Shown: positions 19,006 through 28,677, numbered from the stretch's first letter. The stretch is DNA of 64,000 nucleotides from Oscillospiraceae bacterium (GCA_017521485.1 JAFXCL010000028.1:23506-87505), one strand, 5' to 3'. The notes: generated from the sequence alone by a model not told the origin. Numbers and translations: made by a program.

Positions 19006-20004
19006 TTACACCATTGCGGCGGTGATGATCGCCATCTTGTAGACCTCGTCGGCGTTGCAGCCGCGGCTAAGGTCGTTGATGGGAGCAGCCAGACCCTGCA
19101 GGATCGGGCCGTAAGCCTCGAAGCCGCCCAGACGCTGAGCGATCTTGTAGCCGATGTTGCCCGCCTCGATGGTGGGGAAGATAAAGGTGTTGGCATAGCC
19201 TGCCACGGGAGAGCCGGGGAACTTCAGCTGACCGACTTCGGGAGCAACTGCTGCGTCAAACTGCATTTCTCCGTCGATCATCAGGTCGGGAGCCATTTCC
19301 TTGGCTACCTTAGTAGCCTCGTTACTAAGCTTCACAGTGCCGCCCTTGCCGGAGCCGTTGGTGGAGAAGCTGAGCATTGCCACCTTGGGATCGATGCCGA
19401 AAACCTTAGCGGTGTTGGCAGTTTCAATTGCCACCTCGGCAAGCTTCTGGGCAGCGGTCAGGGTAACATTGCCGTCCTTGTCCACGGAGTCCTCGTAGCT
19501 GAGGTTAATGGCGCAGTCGCCCATAGCCAGCTTCTCTTCGCCGCGGACCATAATGAAGCAGGAGGACACCAGGTGTGCGCCCTTCTTGGTCTTCACCAGC
19601 TGCAGGGCAGGACGGACGGTATCGGCGGTGGAGTAGGTAGCGCCGCCCAGCAGGGAGTCGGCATAGCCCATCTTTACCAGCATGGTGCCAAAGTAGTTAC
19701 CCTTACTAAGGGCAGCCTTGCAGTCATCATTGGACATCTTGCCCTTGCGCAGCTCTACCATCTTCTCAACCATAGCATCCATGCCGGCATAGGTAGCGGG
19801 GTCGATGATCTCCACGCCATCGATGTTAAAGCCGCCCTTTGCGGCGTTTGCCTTCACTTCCTCTACATTGCCGATGAGAATAGGGGTCAGGAAGCCGCCC
19901 TCGTTTAAGCGGGCAGCAGCCTCCAGAATTCTGGCATCGTGACCCTCGGTAAAGACGATCTTCCGGGGGTTCTGTCTCAAAGTTTCAATCATAGCATTGA
20001 ACAT
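19006..20004 (-). CDS. pta: Phosphate acetyltransferase
   Basis: TADTVRPALQ, VAMLSFST.GS, DGEMQFDAA, GNIGYKIAQR and NDLSRGC motifs; ATG 20004 with GGAGG RBS. Confidence 0.95.
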   Translation of the reverse strand: MFNAMIETLRQNPRKIVFTEGHDARILEAAARLNEGGFLTPILIGNVEEVKANAAKGGFNIDGVEIIDPATYAGMDAMVEKMVELRKGKMSNDDCKAALSKGNYFGTMLVKMGYADSLLGGATYSTADTVRPALQLVKTKKGAHLVSSCFIMVRGEEKLAMGDCAINLSYEDSVDKDGNVTLTAAQKLAEVAIETANTAKVFGIDPKVAMLSFSTNGSGKGGTVKLSNEATKVAKEMAPDLMIDGEMQFDAAVAPEVGQLKFPGSPVAGYANTFIFPTIEAGNIGYKIAQRLGGFEAYGPILQGLAAPINDLSRGCNADEVYKMAIITAAMV

Positions 20005-20221
20005 AAGTAATTCCTCCAATATTGGGTCCTTGCCCATAATTTTACAGTTAAATTATACATCACAAATTCCCACTTCGCAACCGCTTTTTTTAATAGTTGA
20101 CAGGTAAGGTGTGCGCGTTGCGCACGGATTTTAATTGATTTACAAAGGAATTACCATAATTTTCAATTGACCTTTATGAAAATTTTTGTTATTTTAGAAA
20201 TAAGAAAGGAGGCTGTTTCAA

Positions 20222-20674
20222 ATGAATATAGAAGCGATGGTCTGGCTGGGGCTGGCAATTATATTTTTGATCATTGAGGCAAACACTGTAGCTATGGTGT
20301 CTGCGTGGTTTTGCGTAGGCGCGCTGGCGGCAATGGCGGCAGCCCTTTTAGGTGGGCAGCTTTGGCTGCAGATCACAATTTTTGTTGTGGCTTCTGCCCT
20401 TTCTCTGGCGGCGTTCCGTCCGCTGGTGAAGAAGCATTTTAATGCAAAGGTGCAAAAAACAAACCTGGATGCGGTGATCGGAACAGTGGGAACGGTCATT
20501 GAACCCATCGACAACATAGCAGCCACCGGCCGGGTAAAGCTGGGCGGTATGGAATGGTCCGCAAGAAGCACCTCGGGCGAACCCGTCCCGGAAGGAGCAG
20601 TGGTGAAGGTGGATCGGATCGAGGGCGTAAAGGTGTTCGTTACCCCCGCAGAAGAAACTGTAAATGTAAAATAA
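20222..20674 (+). CDS. NfeD-family membrane protein (C-terminal OB-fold type)
   Basis: N-terminal TM helices; G.V...I....G.VKLGG.EWSARS; upstream of SPFH gene. Confidence 0.88.
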   Translation: MNIEAMVWLGLAIIFLIIEANTVAMVSAWFCVGALAAMAAALLGGQLWLQITIFVVASALSLAAFRPLVKKHFNAKVQKTNLDAVIGTVGTVIEPIDNIAATGRVKLGGMEWSARSTSGEPVPEGAVVKVDRIEGVKVFVTPAEETVNVK

Positions 20675-20686
20675 GGAGGAAATATT

Positions 20687-21604
20687 ATGATCCCTGCATT
20701 GATTATTGTGGCAATTATTTTCATTCTGATTATTAAGAATATTTTCGTGGTTCAGCAGTCCCGGGCCTATGTGGTGGAGCGGCTGGGCGCATTTAATAAG
20801 GTCCAGACTGTGGGTCTGCATATTAAAGTGCCGTTTATTGACCGGATCGCCCGCCGGGTGAGCCTGAAGGAGCAGGTGCTGGACTATCCCCCCCAGCCGG
20901 TGATCACCAAGGACAATGTTACCATGCAGATCGACACCGTTGTGTATTTCCAAATCACAGACCCCAAGCTGTATACCTACGGCGTGGAGCAGCCTATGGC
21001 GGCTATGGAGACACTGACCGCAACCACCCTGCGTAACATCATCGGCGATCTGGAGCTGGATCAGACCCTCACCTCCCGTGATATTATCAACACCAAAATG
21101 CGCGCCATTTTGGACGAGGCCACCGACCCCTGGGGCATTAAGGTCAACCGTGTGGAGCTGAAGAACATTCTGCCGCCTCAGGACATCCAGAGCTCTATGG
21201 AAAAGCAGATGAAGGCAGAGCGCGACCGCCGTCAGGCAATTTTGCAGGCAGAGGGCCAGAAAAAGTCCGCCATTCTGATCGCCGAGGGTGAGCGGGAGTC
21301 TGCAATACTCCGTGCCGACGCGGAAAAGCAGGCAGCGATCTTAAAAGCAGAGGCAGAAAAGCAGGCCGCTATTTTGAAGGCAGACGGCGAAGCCGAGGCC
21401 ATTTTGAAGGTGCAGAAGGCACTGGCAGACTCCCTGGGTATGCTCAATGAAAAAGCACCCAACGAGCAGGTGATTAAGCTCAAGAGCATTCAGGCAATGG
21501 AAAAGGTAGCTGACGGACAGGCAACCAAGATCATCATTCCCTCCGAAATGCAGGGTCTTGTGGGTCTTGCCAGCGGCATCGCCGAGACCGTAAAGGACAA
21601 ATAA
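20687..21604 (+). CDS. SPFH/band-7 (QmcA/stomatin-like) protein
   Basis: VVERLG, VITKDNV, TLRNIIG.L.LD..LTSRD, WGIKV.RVE and QMKAER motifs. Confidence 0.93.
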   Translation: MIPALIIVAIIFILIIKNIFVVQQSRAYVVERLGAFNKVQTVGLHIKVPFIDRIARRVSLKEQVLDYPPQPVITKDNVTMQIDTVVYFQITDPKLYTYGVEQPMAAMETLTATTLRNIIGDLELDQTLTSRDIINTKMRAILDEATDPWGIKVNRVELKNILPPQDIQSSMEKQMKAERDRRQAILQAEGQKKSAILIAEGERESAILRADAEKQAAILKAEAEKQAAILKADGEAEAILKVQKALADSLGMLNEKAPNEQVIKLKSIQAMEKVADGQATKIIIPSEMQGLVGLASGIAETVKDK

Positions 21605-21605
21605 A

Positions 21606-21806
21606 ATGGCAAAAGCGGACAACAGGTTTGAGAAGATATATTCCCAGGGCGGCTTTACCCGGACAATGGAGATCTGGGTGGATAAGAAAACCGGTGTGAA
21701 TTATCTTTGCACGACATCCGGCTACAGCGGCGGTATGACACCCCTGTTAAACCGGGACGGCACACCGGTGGTGACGCCGGTAGGCGCTACCTATAAAGAG
21801 GAATAA
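21606..21806 (+). CDS. Small conserved protein (DUF6440-like)
   Basis: IWVDKKTGVNYL...GYSGGMTPLL..DG.P; 1 nt after SPFH stop, followed by terminator. Confidence 0.65.
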   Translation: MAKADNRFEKIYSQGGFTRTMEIWVDKKTGVNYLCTTSGYSGGMTPLLNRDGTPVVTPVGATYKEE

Positions 21807-21807
21807 G

Positions 21808-21915
21808 AAAAAAGCACCCGTAACGGGTGCTTTTTTAATGGCAGGGCGATTTGCGAATCGTCCATACGATAATTGTCAACGAAAAAAGAGTGTTGCTTTG
21901 GCAACACTCTTTTTA
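21808..21915. terminator. Back-to-back terminators of the convergent SPFH and rpsR operons
   Basis: AAAAAAGCACCCG-TAA-CGGGTGCTTTTTT and AAAAGAGTGTTGC-TTTG-GCAACACTCTTTT. Confidence 0.8.
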
Positions 21916-21921
21916 TCTTGA

Positions 21922-22158
21922 TTATTCAGCAACATAGGGCAGCAGAGCAATCTGACGGGCGCGCTTGATGGCGGTGGTCAGGTCTCTCTGGTGTGCTGCG
22001 CAGGTGCCGGTTGTACGGCGGGGCAGGATCTTGCCACGCTCGGACAGGAAACGGCGAAGCTTTGCAGTGTCCTTGTAGTCGATAGCGGTAACCTTGTCCA
22101 CGCAGAAAGCGCATACCTTCTTGCGCTTGCGGGGACGAACACGCTGTTCGTTAGCCAT
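21922..22158 (-). CDS. rpsR: 30S ribosomal protein S18
   Basis: IDYKD...[21 protein letters not shown]. Confidence 0.97.
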   Translation of the reverse strand: MANEQRVRPRKRKKVCAFCVDKVTAIDYKDTAKLRRFLSERGKILPRRTTGTCAAHQRDLTTAIKRARQIALLPYVAE

Positions 22159-22193
22159 GGTATTTACCTCCTATTAAAGTAGAAAAGTTCAAT

Positions 22194-22649
22194 TTAGAAC
22201 GGAAGTTGTGCATCGTCATCGTCCAGCATCGCAAAATCGGATGCGGGAGCAGGTGTGGGGGCAGCATAGCCGCCGAATGCGGGGGCTGCAGGTGCTGCGT
22301 AAGCAGAGCCTGTACTGTCGCCGTCGCGCTTGCTGTCGCCAAAGTAGACATTATCTGCCACCACTTCAGCGGAGCGGCGCTTGTTGCCGTCCTTGTCGGT
22401 CCAGTTGCGGATTTGCAGCCGTCCGGACACCACAGCCATACGGCCCTTGGTGAAGTACTTGGACACAAACTCGCCAGTCTGCCGCCAGGCAACACAATCG
22501 ATGAAATCCGTTTCCTTTTCGCCGGCTTCATTCTTGCCGAAGTCACGATCGACTGCTAAGGCAAAAGAAGCAACGGCAACCCCACTGGCCGTGCGGCGCA
22601 GCTCGGGGTCACGGGTCAGACGACCCATAATGACAATGTGGTTAAGCAT
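22194..22649 (-). CDS. ssb: Single-stranded DNA-binding protein
   Basis: GRLTRDPELR, acidic tail ending LPF. Confidence 0.97.
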   Translation of the reverse strand: MLNHIVIMGRLTRDPELRRTASGVAVASFALAVDRDFGKNEAGEKETDFIDCVAWRQTGEFVSKYFTKGRMAVVSGRLQIRNWTDKDGNKRRSAEVVADNVYFGDSKRDGDSTGSAYAAPAAPAFGGYAAPTPAPASDFAMLDDDDAQLPF

Positions 22650-22664
22650 AAGTCAGTTTCCTCC

Positions 22665-22961
22665 TTAAGCTTCCACTGCGGTGGTCAGGCAGCGCAGGAC
22701 GCCTTCGGTGATTTTCATCACACGCTCCAGCTCTGCAGGGAATTCGGGCTTAGTCTCCATGTTCATCAGAACATAGTAGCCCTCGTTCAGGTCGTTGATG
22801 GGGTATGCCAGACGGCGGTTGCCCCACAGATCGATGTTGCAGAGAGTACCCTCCGCTTCCACCATTGCCTTGAACTTTTCCACAAGTGCGTTGATGCCCT
22901 CCTCGCCCTGTGCGGGATCGATGATGTAGAGCACCTCGTACTTTCCGGTGATCTTAGCCAT
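22665..22961 (-). CDS. rpsF: 30S ribosomal protein S6
   Basis: YE.LYIIDP, WG.RRLAYPI, EGYYVL; ATG 22961 after AGGAGG. Confidence 0.96.
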   Translation of the reverse strand: MAKITGKYEVLYIIDPAQGEEGINALVEKFKAMVEAEGTLCNIDLWGNRRLAYPINDLNEGYYVLMNMETKPEFPAELERVMKITEGVLRCLTTAVEA

Positions 22962-23016
22962 GTTGTTTGCACCTCCTTTTGGACTTTTGGCCCCCTCGCC
23001 GAGGGAGCAAGGATAT
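22962..23016 (-). ncRNA. S6:S18 ribosomal protein leader
   Basis: UCCUUG-C-hairpin-GCC...GUCCAAAAGGAGGUGCAAAC architecture pairing with the SD, as in Firmicute rpsF leaders. Confidence 0.75.
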
Positions 23017-23038
23017 ACCTGCACACGCAGGCTAGCAT

Positions 23039-23067
23039 ATTATATAGGACATGCCCCCAAATGTCAA
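23039..23067 (-). promoter_or_regulatory. Consensus sigma-A promoter of rpsF-ssb-rpsR
   Basis: TTGACA-N17-TATAAT on the minus strand. Confidence 0.88.
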
Positions 23068-23124
23068 GAAAAATTTGCATATCCTGTTTTTTCCGGGGCA
23101 AACTGGAAATAAGAGGTGGGGAAA

Positions 23125-23796
23125 ATGTTTACATCCTATTGGCGCACACTGCTCATTTATTTGGTGCTGATCGTGGTGATCCGGCTGATGGGCAAGCGGC
23201 AGATCGGGCAGATGGAGCCGTCGGAATTTGTGGTGACCATGTTTGTGGCAAACCTGGCATCGATTTTAATGGAGGATGTGGACCTGCCGTTATATGCAGG
23301 CCTGATCCCCATCGGCACGGTTCTGGGGCTGGAGCTGGTACTGGCGGGGCTTTCTATGCGGAGTATTAAGATCCGCAAGCTCCTGTGCGGCAAACCGGTG
23401 ATCCTGATCGAAAACGGCAAGATCATTCAGGGAAACCTTCGCAAGACCCGGGTGACGCTCGATGAGCTGACCGGCCATTTAAGAGAAAAGGACGTACTGG
23501 ACCTTAGCAGTGTCCAGTACGCCATTTTGGAAACGAACGGAAATCTCTCTGTGTTTCCCTTTCCCAAGGACCGTCCCGCCAGCGCCAAAGAGGCGGGGAT
23601 CCAGGCAAAGCCCCAATATTTTCCCATTACCATTATTTCCGACGGCAAGCTGATGCCGGAAAATCTGTCCGTTGCGGGGAAAGACCGGAAATGGGTAGAC
23701 AAGGTCCTGCAGGAGAAAGACGCCCGGCTGGAGGATACCTGGCTTTTGACTGTGGATGGGAGCGACCACATCCTGTTTTACCGGAGGGATGGATAA
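23125..23796 (+). CDS. DUF421 (YetF/YrbG-like) membrane protein
   Basis: RLMGKRQIGQM, GKPVILIENGK, LREKD and AILETNG.LSV motifs. Confidence 0.88.
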   Translation: MFTSYWRTLLIYLVLIVVIRLMGKRQIGQMEPSEFVVTMFVANLASILMEDVDLPLYAGLIPIGTVLGLELVLAGLSMRSIKIRKLLCGKPVILIENGKIIQGNLRKTRVTLDELTGHLREKDVLDLSSVQYAILETNGNLSVFPFPKDRPASAKEAGIQAKPQYFPITIISDGKLMPENLSVAGKDRKWVDKVLQEKDARLEDTWLLTVDGSDHILFYRRDG

Positions 23797-23876
23797 TGGG
23801 CAAACGCTTTTGGCTGGGCGTGGGGATTTTGGTATTCTTTCTCATATTAGGAATTGGGGAAAAGCTGTTGTTTTGA
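23796..23876 (+). pseudogene. 26-aa coupled ORF, possible truncated DUF4363-type partner
   Basis: TAATG overlap with DUF421 stop; MGKRFWLGVGILVFFLILG TM segment then stop just before a REP pair. Confidence 0.4.
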
Positions 23877-23881
23877 TCGCT

Positions 23882-23961
23882 GTAGGGGCAGTCGCCCACG
23901 ACTGCCCGTCGCCACAGGCGCAAAAGTACATTGACGGGACGTGGAGGGCAATGTCCCCTAC
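23882..23961. repeat. Inverted pair of GTAG REP-like palindromes
   Basis: GTAGGGGCAGTCG...CGACTGCCC ... GGGAC...GTCCCCTAC. Confidence 0.75.
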
Positions 23962-23967
23962 GAACAA

Positions 23968-24993
23968 CTATCCAGTTCCGTGGGCAAGGTCGGCAATTGC
24001 CTGTGCCAGAATTTCCGCGGATAAAAGTGCCTCCTGCCGGGTATTGCCCGCAGCGCCCATTTCCACCAGCACCATACCGGGGGTCAGGTCCTGATTGAAC
24101 CGGGAGGACCGGAGGCTGATAGGACGGCAGATCCCCGGCTGGTTTTTCTCCAGCTGGACCTGCAGCTTTACCCCCAGGGAGAAATTCTCCTGCCAGTTGG
24201 GATGGTTCAGGCCACCATAATTGCTGCCGATCACCAGCATCATTTTTGCCGCCGCCCCACCATCTGTGGAAACCGTATGCCCCACCTGATTTCCGGAACT
24301 GTCCGTAATGGCATCCCGATGCAGATCTATCACCAGCTGGATGGAAGGATACTGGGCAAGATACTGACAAACGGTTTCCCTTGCCAGAGAGTAAGAACCA
24401 TTATAGGAGGGATAATCGTGGAGGGTGCGGTCGTGGAGAACAGGTATGCCCTTCTGGGACAGCATTTCTGCCAGCCGGTCGCCCACGGATACCACATTAT
24501 ACCCCTCGTCTAAGGTGCGGTAGGCAGAGGATTCTGCGTACCCCTCATTGTTTACATAACTTTCTGTTCCGTGGGTGTGGAGGATGAGCACCGTAGGCTC
24601 GTCCCCGGTCAGCTCCCAGGAAAGGGGCGTAAAAAGTGCCCCGGCGGGATCGATGTCATACCCGGTGGCGTTGCGCACCTCTGCCAGCGCTGCGTCGGAC
24701 TGGGCAAAGACAGCGGGAGGGGGCAATTCCACTGGGTTTTCCGCCAAAACAGCCAGTGTTTCTGCCGGCTGGGTTTCGGTAGGTACAGAGGCTTCCGGAG
24801 GTGGAACGGTCTCCTCCGGCGGCGGGGTGGGGAGGGTTCTGCCGGTTTCCAGAAATAATATGATTTTCGTTACGGTCTGCTGGCTCAGCGCCTGTGCAGC
24901 GGTTTCCATAACACCGCCGCCTAACAACCGGAAAAAAAGTGCGCAGGAGATCACCGCCGCACCGATTTGTAAGACCCTCCGGTTTGTATCCAT
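23968..24993 (-). CDS. spoIIP: Stage II sporulation protein P (autolysin)
   Basis: VLILHTHGTESY, SY..AR, IDLHRDA, RFNQDL and LVEMGA.GNT motifs; ATG 24993 after AGGAGG. Confidence 0.9.
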   Translation of the reverse strand: MDTNRRVLQIGAAVISCALFFRLLGGGVMETAAQALSQQTVTKIILFLETGRTLPTPPPEETVPPPEASVPTETQPAETLAVLAENPVELPPPAVFAQSDAALAEVRNATGYDIDPAGALFTPLSWELTGDEPTVLILHTHGTESYVNNEGYAESSAYRTLDEGYNVVSVGDRLAEMLSQKGIPVLHDRTLHDYPSYNGSYSLARETVCQYLAQYPSIQLVIDLHRDAITDSSGNQVGHTVSTDGGAAAKMMLVIGSNYGGLNHPNWQENFSLGVKLQVQLEKNQPGICRPISLRSSRFNQDLTPGMVLVEMGAAGNTRQEALLSAEILAQAIADLAHGTG

Positions 24994-25068
24994 AAAATCC
25001 TCCTTTGTATTAATTGACAATTAAGAAAGGGCGTGCCGTCAGGCACACCCTTTCTCTATCTACCATAT

Positions 25069-25551
25069 TTAAGTTGGTTTTTTCCATTTGGGGCGGGAAC
25101 GAAGTGTTGCCCGCAGGTTTTCAAAAAATTCCGTTAGGAGTTTACTGCATTCCTCTTCCCGAACACCTTTCACCACTTGGGGGTGGTGGTTAAAGTCCAT
25201 GGAAAACAGGTCGCAAACGGAGCCGCAAGCTCCGCATTTATCATCCGATGCCCCAAAGACCACCTTGGGGAGGCGGGCATTGATAATTGCACCGGCGCAC
25301 ATAGGGCAAGGTTCTAAGGTCACGTACAAGGTGCACTCCCACAGCCGCCAGCCGCCTAAGTTTTTGCAAGCGTCTGCAATTGCCTCGATCTCTGCGTGGC
25401 CTAAGGCGGTTTTCGCCGTCTCCCGGCGGTTTCTGCCTCTGCCCACAATTTCCCCATTTCGCACGATCACACAGCCAACAGGCACTTCTCCCTCTGCCGC
25501 CGCTTCCTTTGCCAGCGCCAGCGCCGCATCCATAAACGAAGTATCTTCCAC
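25069..25551 (-). CDS. tadA: tRNA adenosine(34) deaminase
   Basis: EVPVG, HAE, WRL..CTLYVTLEPCPMC; GTG start after AGGAGG. Confidence 0.92.
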   Translation of the reverse strand: MEDTSFMDAALALAKEAAAEGEVPVGCVIVRNGEIVGRGRNRRETAKTALGHAEIEAIADACKNLGGWRLWECTLYVTLEPCPMCAGAIINARLPKVVFGASDDKCGACGSVCDLFSMDFNHHPQVVKGVREEECSKLLTEFFENLRATLRSRPKWKKPT

Positions 25552-25705
25552 AGCCAGTCCCTCCTTTTTGTCAATCATAACCGAAAGGGAGGGTTGCCGT
25601 CAAGATAGTTTTACCACAGCTGTGCCACGAATAAAACAGAAAGGTGTTGCCCTACATTTTATTTAATGTTATAATGAAAAAAATCTGATTTTTCGAGGAA
25701 ATGCT

Positions 25706-26251
25706 ATGAAGACCCTTTTGCATATTTGCTGTGCGCCCTGTGCCAACCAGTGCATCGAGGTTTTGCGGGGGGATCATTTTGAGGTGACCGGCTTCTGGTT
25801 TAACCCCAACATCCACCCCTTTACGGAATATAGATCCCGGCGCAACTGTCTGCGCGACTATGCCCAGACCATCAATTTACCTCTGATCGAGCAAAATGAC
25901 TACGCCCTGCGCCCCTTTGTGCGGGCGGTTAGTGAGGATATTGAAAACCGCTGTGTCAAGTGCTACGAAATGCGGCTTTTTGAGACTGCCCGGCAGGCGG
26001 CCGAGGGGGGCTTTGACAGCTTCACATCCAGCCTGTTCATCAGCCCCTATCAGAACCACGAGCTGATGCGGGAAACTGCCGAAAGAGCGGCGGCACAGTA
26101 CGGTGTGGAATTTTTGTATCGGGATTTTCGCCCCTATTTTAAGCCCGGTCAGGAAAAAGCCAGAGAGCTGGGCTTTTATATGCAGAAGTACTGCGGCTGT
26201 GTGTTTTCCGAGGAAGAAAGGTACTTGAAAAAAAGTAAGATCATCCCCTAG
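25706..26251 (+). CDS. queH: Epoxyqueuosine reductase QueH (DUF208)
   Basis: LLHICCAPC, NPNIHP, RC..CY..RL and YMQKYCGC motifs. Confidence 0.9.
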   Translation: MKTLLHICCAPCANQCIEVLRGDHFEVTGFWFNPNIHPFTEYRSRRNCLRDYAQTINLPLIEQNDYALRPFVRAVSEDIENRCVKCYEMRLFETARQAAEGGFDSFTSSLFISPYQNHELMRETAERAAAQYGVEFLYRDFRPYFKPGQEKARELGFYMQKYCGCVFSEEERYLKKSKIIP

Positions 26252-26259
26252 GAGGAAGT

Positions 26260-27390
26260 ATGGAATTAAATTTGATTGCCCCCTGTTTATTTGGCTTGGA
26301 GGGCATTGCCGGTGACGAGCTGCGCCGGCTGGGCATGGAAAATGTCCGGGTGGAGGACCGACGGGTCCTTTTTACCGGTGACGAAGTATCCCTGGCAAAG
26401 GCAAATGTGTGCCTGCGTACCGGCGAGCGGATCATGGTGGTGCTGGCGCAGTTTGAAGCCAGAAGCTTTGAAGAGCTGTTTCAGGGTGTTTATCATACCC
26501 CCTTGGAGCAGTTTATTCCCGCAGACGGACAGTTCCCGGTGAAAGGTCACTGCTTAAATAGCCAGCTGATGAGCACCTCCGACTGTCAGGCAATTATCAA
26601 AAAAGCCGCCTCCCGGCGGCTGGGTGAAAAATACGGAATTTCCTGGCTGCCGGAGACCGGCGTGAAATTCCAGATGCATTTTACCATTTTAAACGATAAA
26701 GTGACCCTGTCACTGGACACCTCCGGTCCGGGTCTGCACAAGCGAGGCTACCGTGCCGTGGGCAACGATGCCCCCTTGCACGAAACACTGGCTGCCGGTA
26801 TGATCCAGCTGACCCGCTTCCGGGGCAGGGAATATTTCTGGGATCCCTTCTGCGGCTCGGGCACCATCCCCATTGAGGCGGCGCTGATCGCCAAAAACCG
26901 CGCCCCGGGTCTCCAGCGCCATTTTGCCGCCGAGGAATTTCCCTGGATGCCCAAAGAAGCTTGGAAGCAGGTAAAAGAGGAAGCCAAGGACAAGGAATTT
27001 AACGGACAGTACCGGATCATGGGCTCGGACAGCGACCCGGCTTGCGTTTCTTTGTCCTTTGCCAACGCCCGCAAGGCAGGGGTGGCGGACTGCGTCACCT
27101 TCAAGGACGGAGATGCCACCAAAATGAGCCTGCCGGCGCAGAGCGGCATTATCGTGTGCAATCCCCCCTACGGCGAGCGGATGCTGGAGCAGCAGAGTGC
27201 CCAGCGGCTGTACAGCGCTCTGGGTCGCCACCTGAAATTCGCCAACGACTGGAAAAAATTCGTCATCACCTCTGAGCCTGAATTTGAGCATTATTTCGGA
27301 AAGCGGGCAGACAAAAAACGGAAATTCTACAACGGAAAGATCAAATGCGACTATTATATGTTTACAGATAACAGCAGAAAGAAGAAATAG
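26260..27390 (+). CDS. THUMP-domain 23S rRNA methyltransferase (RlmL/YpsC-like)
   Basis: LDTSG.GLHKRGYR, APLHETLAA, DPFCGSGT and NPPYGER motifs. Confidence 0.9.
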   Translation: MELNLIAPCLFGLEGIAGDELRRLGMENVRVEDRRVLFTGDEVSLAKANVCLRTGERIMVVLAQFEARSFEELFQGVYHTPLEQFIPADGQFPVKGHCLNSQLMSTSDCQAIIKKAASRRLGEKYGISWLPETGVKFQMHFTILNDKVTLSLDTSGPGLHKRGYRAVGNDAPLHETLAAGMIQLTRFRGREYFWDPFCGSGTIPIEAALIAKNRAPGLQRHFAAEEFPWMPKEAWKQVKEEAKDKEFNGQYRIMGSDSDPACVSLSFANARKAGVADCVTFKDGDATKMSLPAQSGIIVCNPPYGERMLEQQSAQRLYSALGRHLKFANDWKKFVITSEPEFEHYFGKRADKKRKFYNGKIKCDYYMFTDNSRKKK

Positions 27391-27393
27391 AGA

Positions 27394-28314
27394 ATGAAGC
27401 ATCTGTTTATCATCAATCCCGCAGCGGGCAGCCGCGACCGGACAGAAGAATACAGAAAGAAAATCGAAGCAGTCTGCGGTAGTCTTGACTACCGGATCGA
27501 AGTCTCCCAAGCCCCCGGCCAGTGCAGAGATCTGGCAAAAGCGGCGGCGCAGACCGGCGAAGAATACCGCATTTATGCCTGCGGCGGTGACGGAACCCTC
27601 AACGAAGTGGCATCCGGCGCAGCAGGCTACGAAAATGTGGCGGTGACCGCCTTTGCCGGCGGCAGCGGAAATGACTTCATCCGGATGTTCGACCGGCCAG
27701 AGGTGTTTTCCGACCTCCGACAGCTTCTGGACGCAAAGGAAGATACCTTCGACCTGATCCGCTGCAATGATGATTACAGCTTAAACATTTGCTCCGTAGG
27801 CTTGGACGCCCGGATCGGAACGGATGTCTCCCGGTATAAGCGCCTGCCGCTGCTTCACGGCTTCCGGGCATACGCCGCATCCACGGTGGTCAATGTGATC
27901 AAGGGTATTTCTGAGCACTATGTGATCGAGGTGAACGGCCAGGTCATTGACGGCGACAAGACAATGATCTGCGCCTGCAACGGTAGATTTTACGGCGGCG
28001 GCTTCAATCCTGTGCCCGATGCAGACCCCTCTGACGGACTGATGGATGTGCTGGTGGTAGAGAAGGTTTCCCGGCTGCAAGTGCCGGGGGTAGTGGGCAA
28101 GTACAAGGCAGGACGGTATAAAGAGCTTCCCCATTTGGTCCGCCATTACCGGACGGATCGTCTGAAGGTGATCTGCGACAAGCCCACCCCGGTGAATCTG
28201 GACGGCGAGCTGCGTACGTATCAGGAAGTAGAATTTTCCATTGCCCCGGAAAAAATCCGGTTTTTCTACCCAAAGACCCTTACTTGGCAAAATAAAGTCC
28301 CGGCAACTGTTTAA
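27394..28314 (+). CDS. Diacylglycerol/lipid kinase family protein
   Basis: INPAAG, GGDGTLNEV, GSGNDF, NGRFYGGG and LDGE motifs. Confidence 0.9.
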   Translation: MKHLFIINPAAGSRDRTEEYRKKIEAVCGSLDYRIEVSQAPGQCRDLAKAAAQTGEEYRIYACGGDGTLNEVASGAAGYENVAVTAFAGGSGNDFIRMFDRPEVFSDLRQLLDAKEDTFDLIRCNDDYSLNICSVGLDARIGTDVSRYKRLPLLHGFRAYAASTVVNVIKGISEHYVIEVNGQVIDGDKTMICACNGRFYGGGFNPVPDADPSDGLMDVLVVEKVSRLQVPGVVGKYKAGRYKELPHLVRHYRTDRLKVICDKPTPVNLDGELRTYQEVEFSIAPEKIRFFYPKTLTWQNKVPATV

Positions 28315-28355
28315 TTGAAAATTATCTGCGCAGCAGATACCTGCATTTTGCACTT

Positions 28356-28386
28356 AAAAGGGCGTCCTTTCGGACGCCCCTTTTTT
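28356..28386. terminator. Bidirectional terminator
   Basis: AAAAGGGCGTCC-TTTC-GGACGCCCTTTTTT. Confidence 0.8.
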
Positions 28387-28391
28387 ACTGC

Positions 28392-28535
28392 TTAGCAGCA
28401 GCCGCAGTTGTTGTCACAGCCGCAGCCGTTGCCGCTGCCCAGGAAAGTGTTGCCACCGCCGCAGTTGCACAGGATGAGGATCAGAACGATGATCCAGCAG
28501 AAGTTACCGCCACAGAAACCGTTATTGTTGCACAT
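28392..28535 (-). CDS. 47-aa Cys/Gly/Asn-rich small membrane protein (not in ORF track)
   Basis: GGAGG RBS, ATG; MCNNNGFCGGNFCWIIVLILILCNCGGGNTFLGSGNGCGCDNNCGCC; terminator directly after stop. Confidence 0.8.
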   Translation of the reverse strand: MCNNNGFCGGNFCWIIVLILILCNCGGGNTFLGSGNGCGCDNNCGCC

Positions 28536-28677
28536 AATAAATACCTCCGAGATTTTTTCAGCGGATTGCGCCGCTCATTCCAAGATATTCCACGGATGCA
28601 AAAAGGTGCAAAAAAGCCTTCCCCCAGGGGAAGGCAAAAGGGCGTGGATTGCTCCACGCCCTTGTATCCTATAAAAT

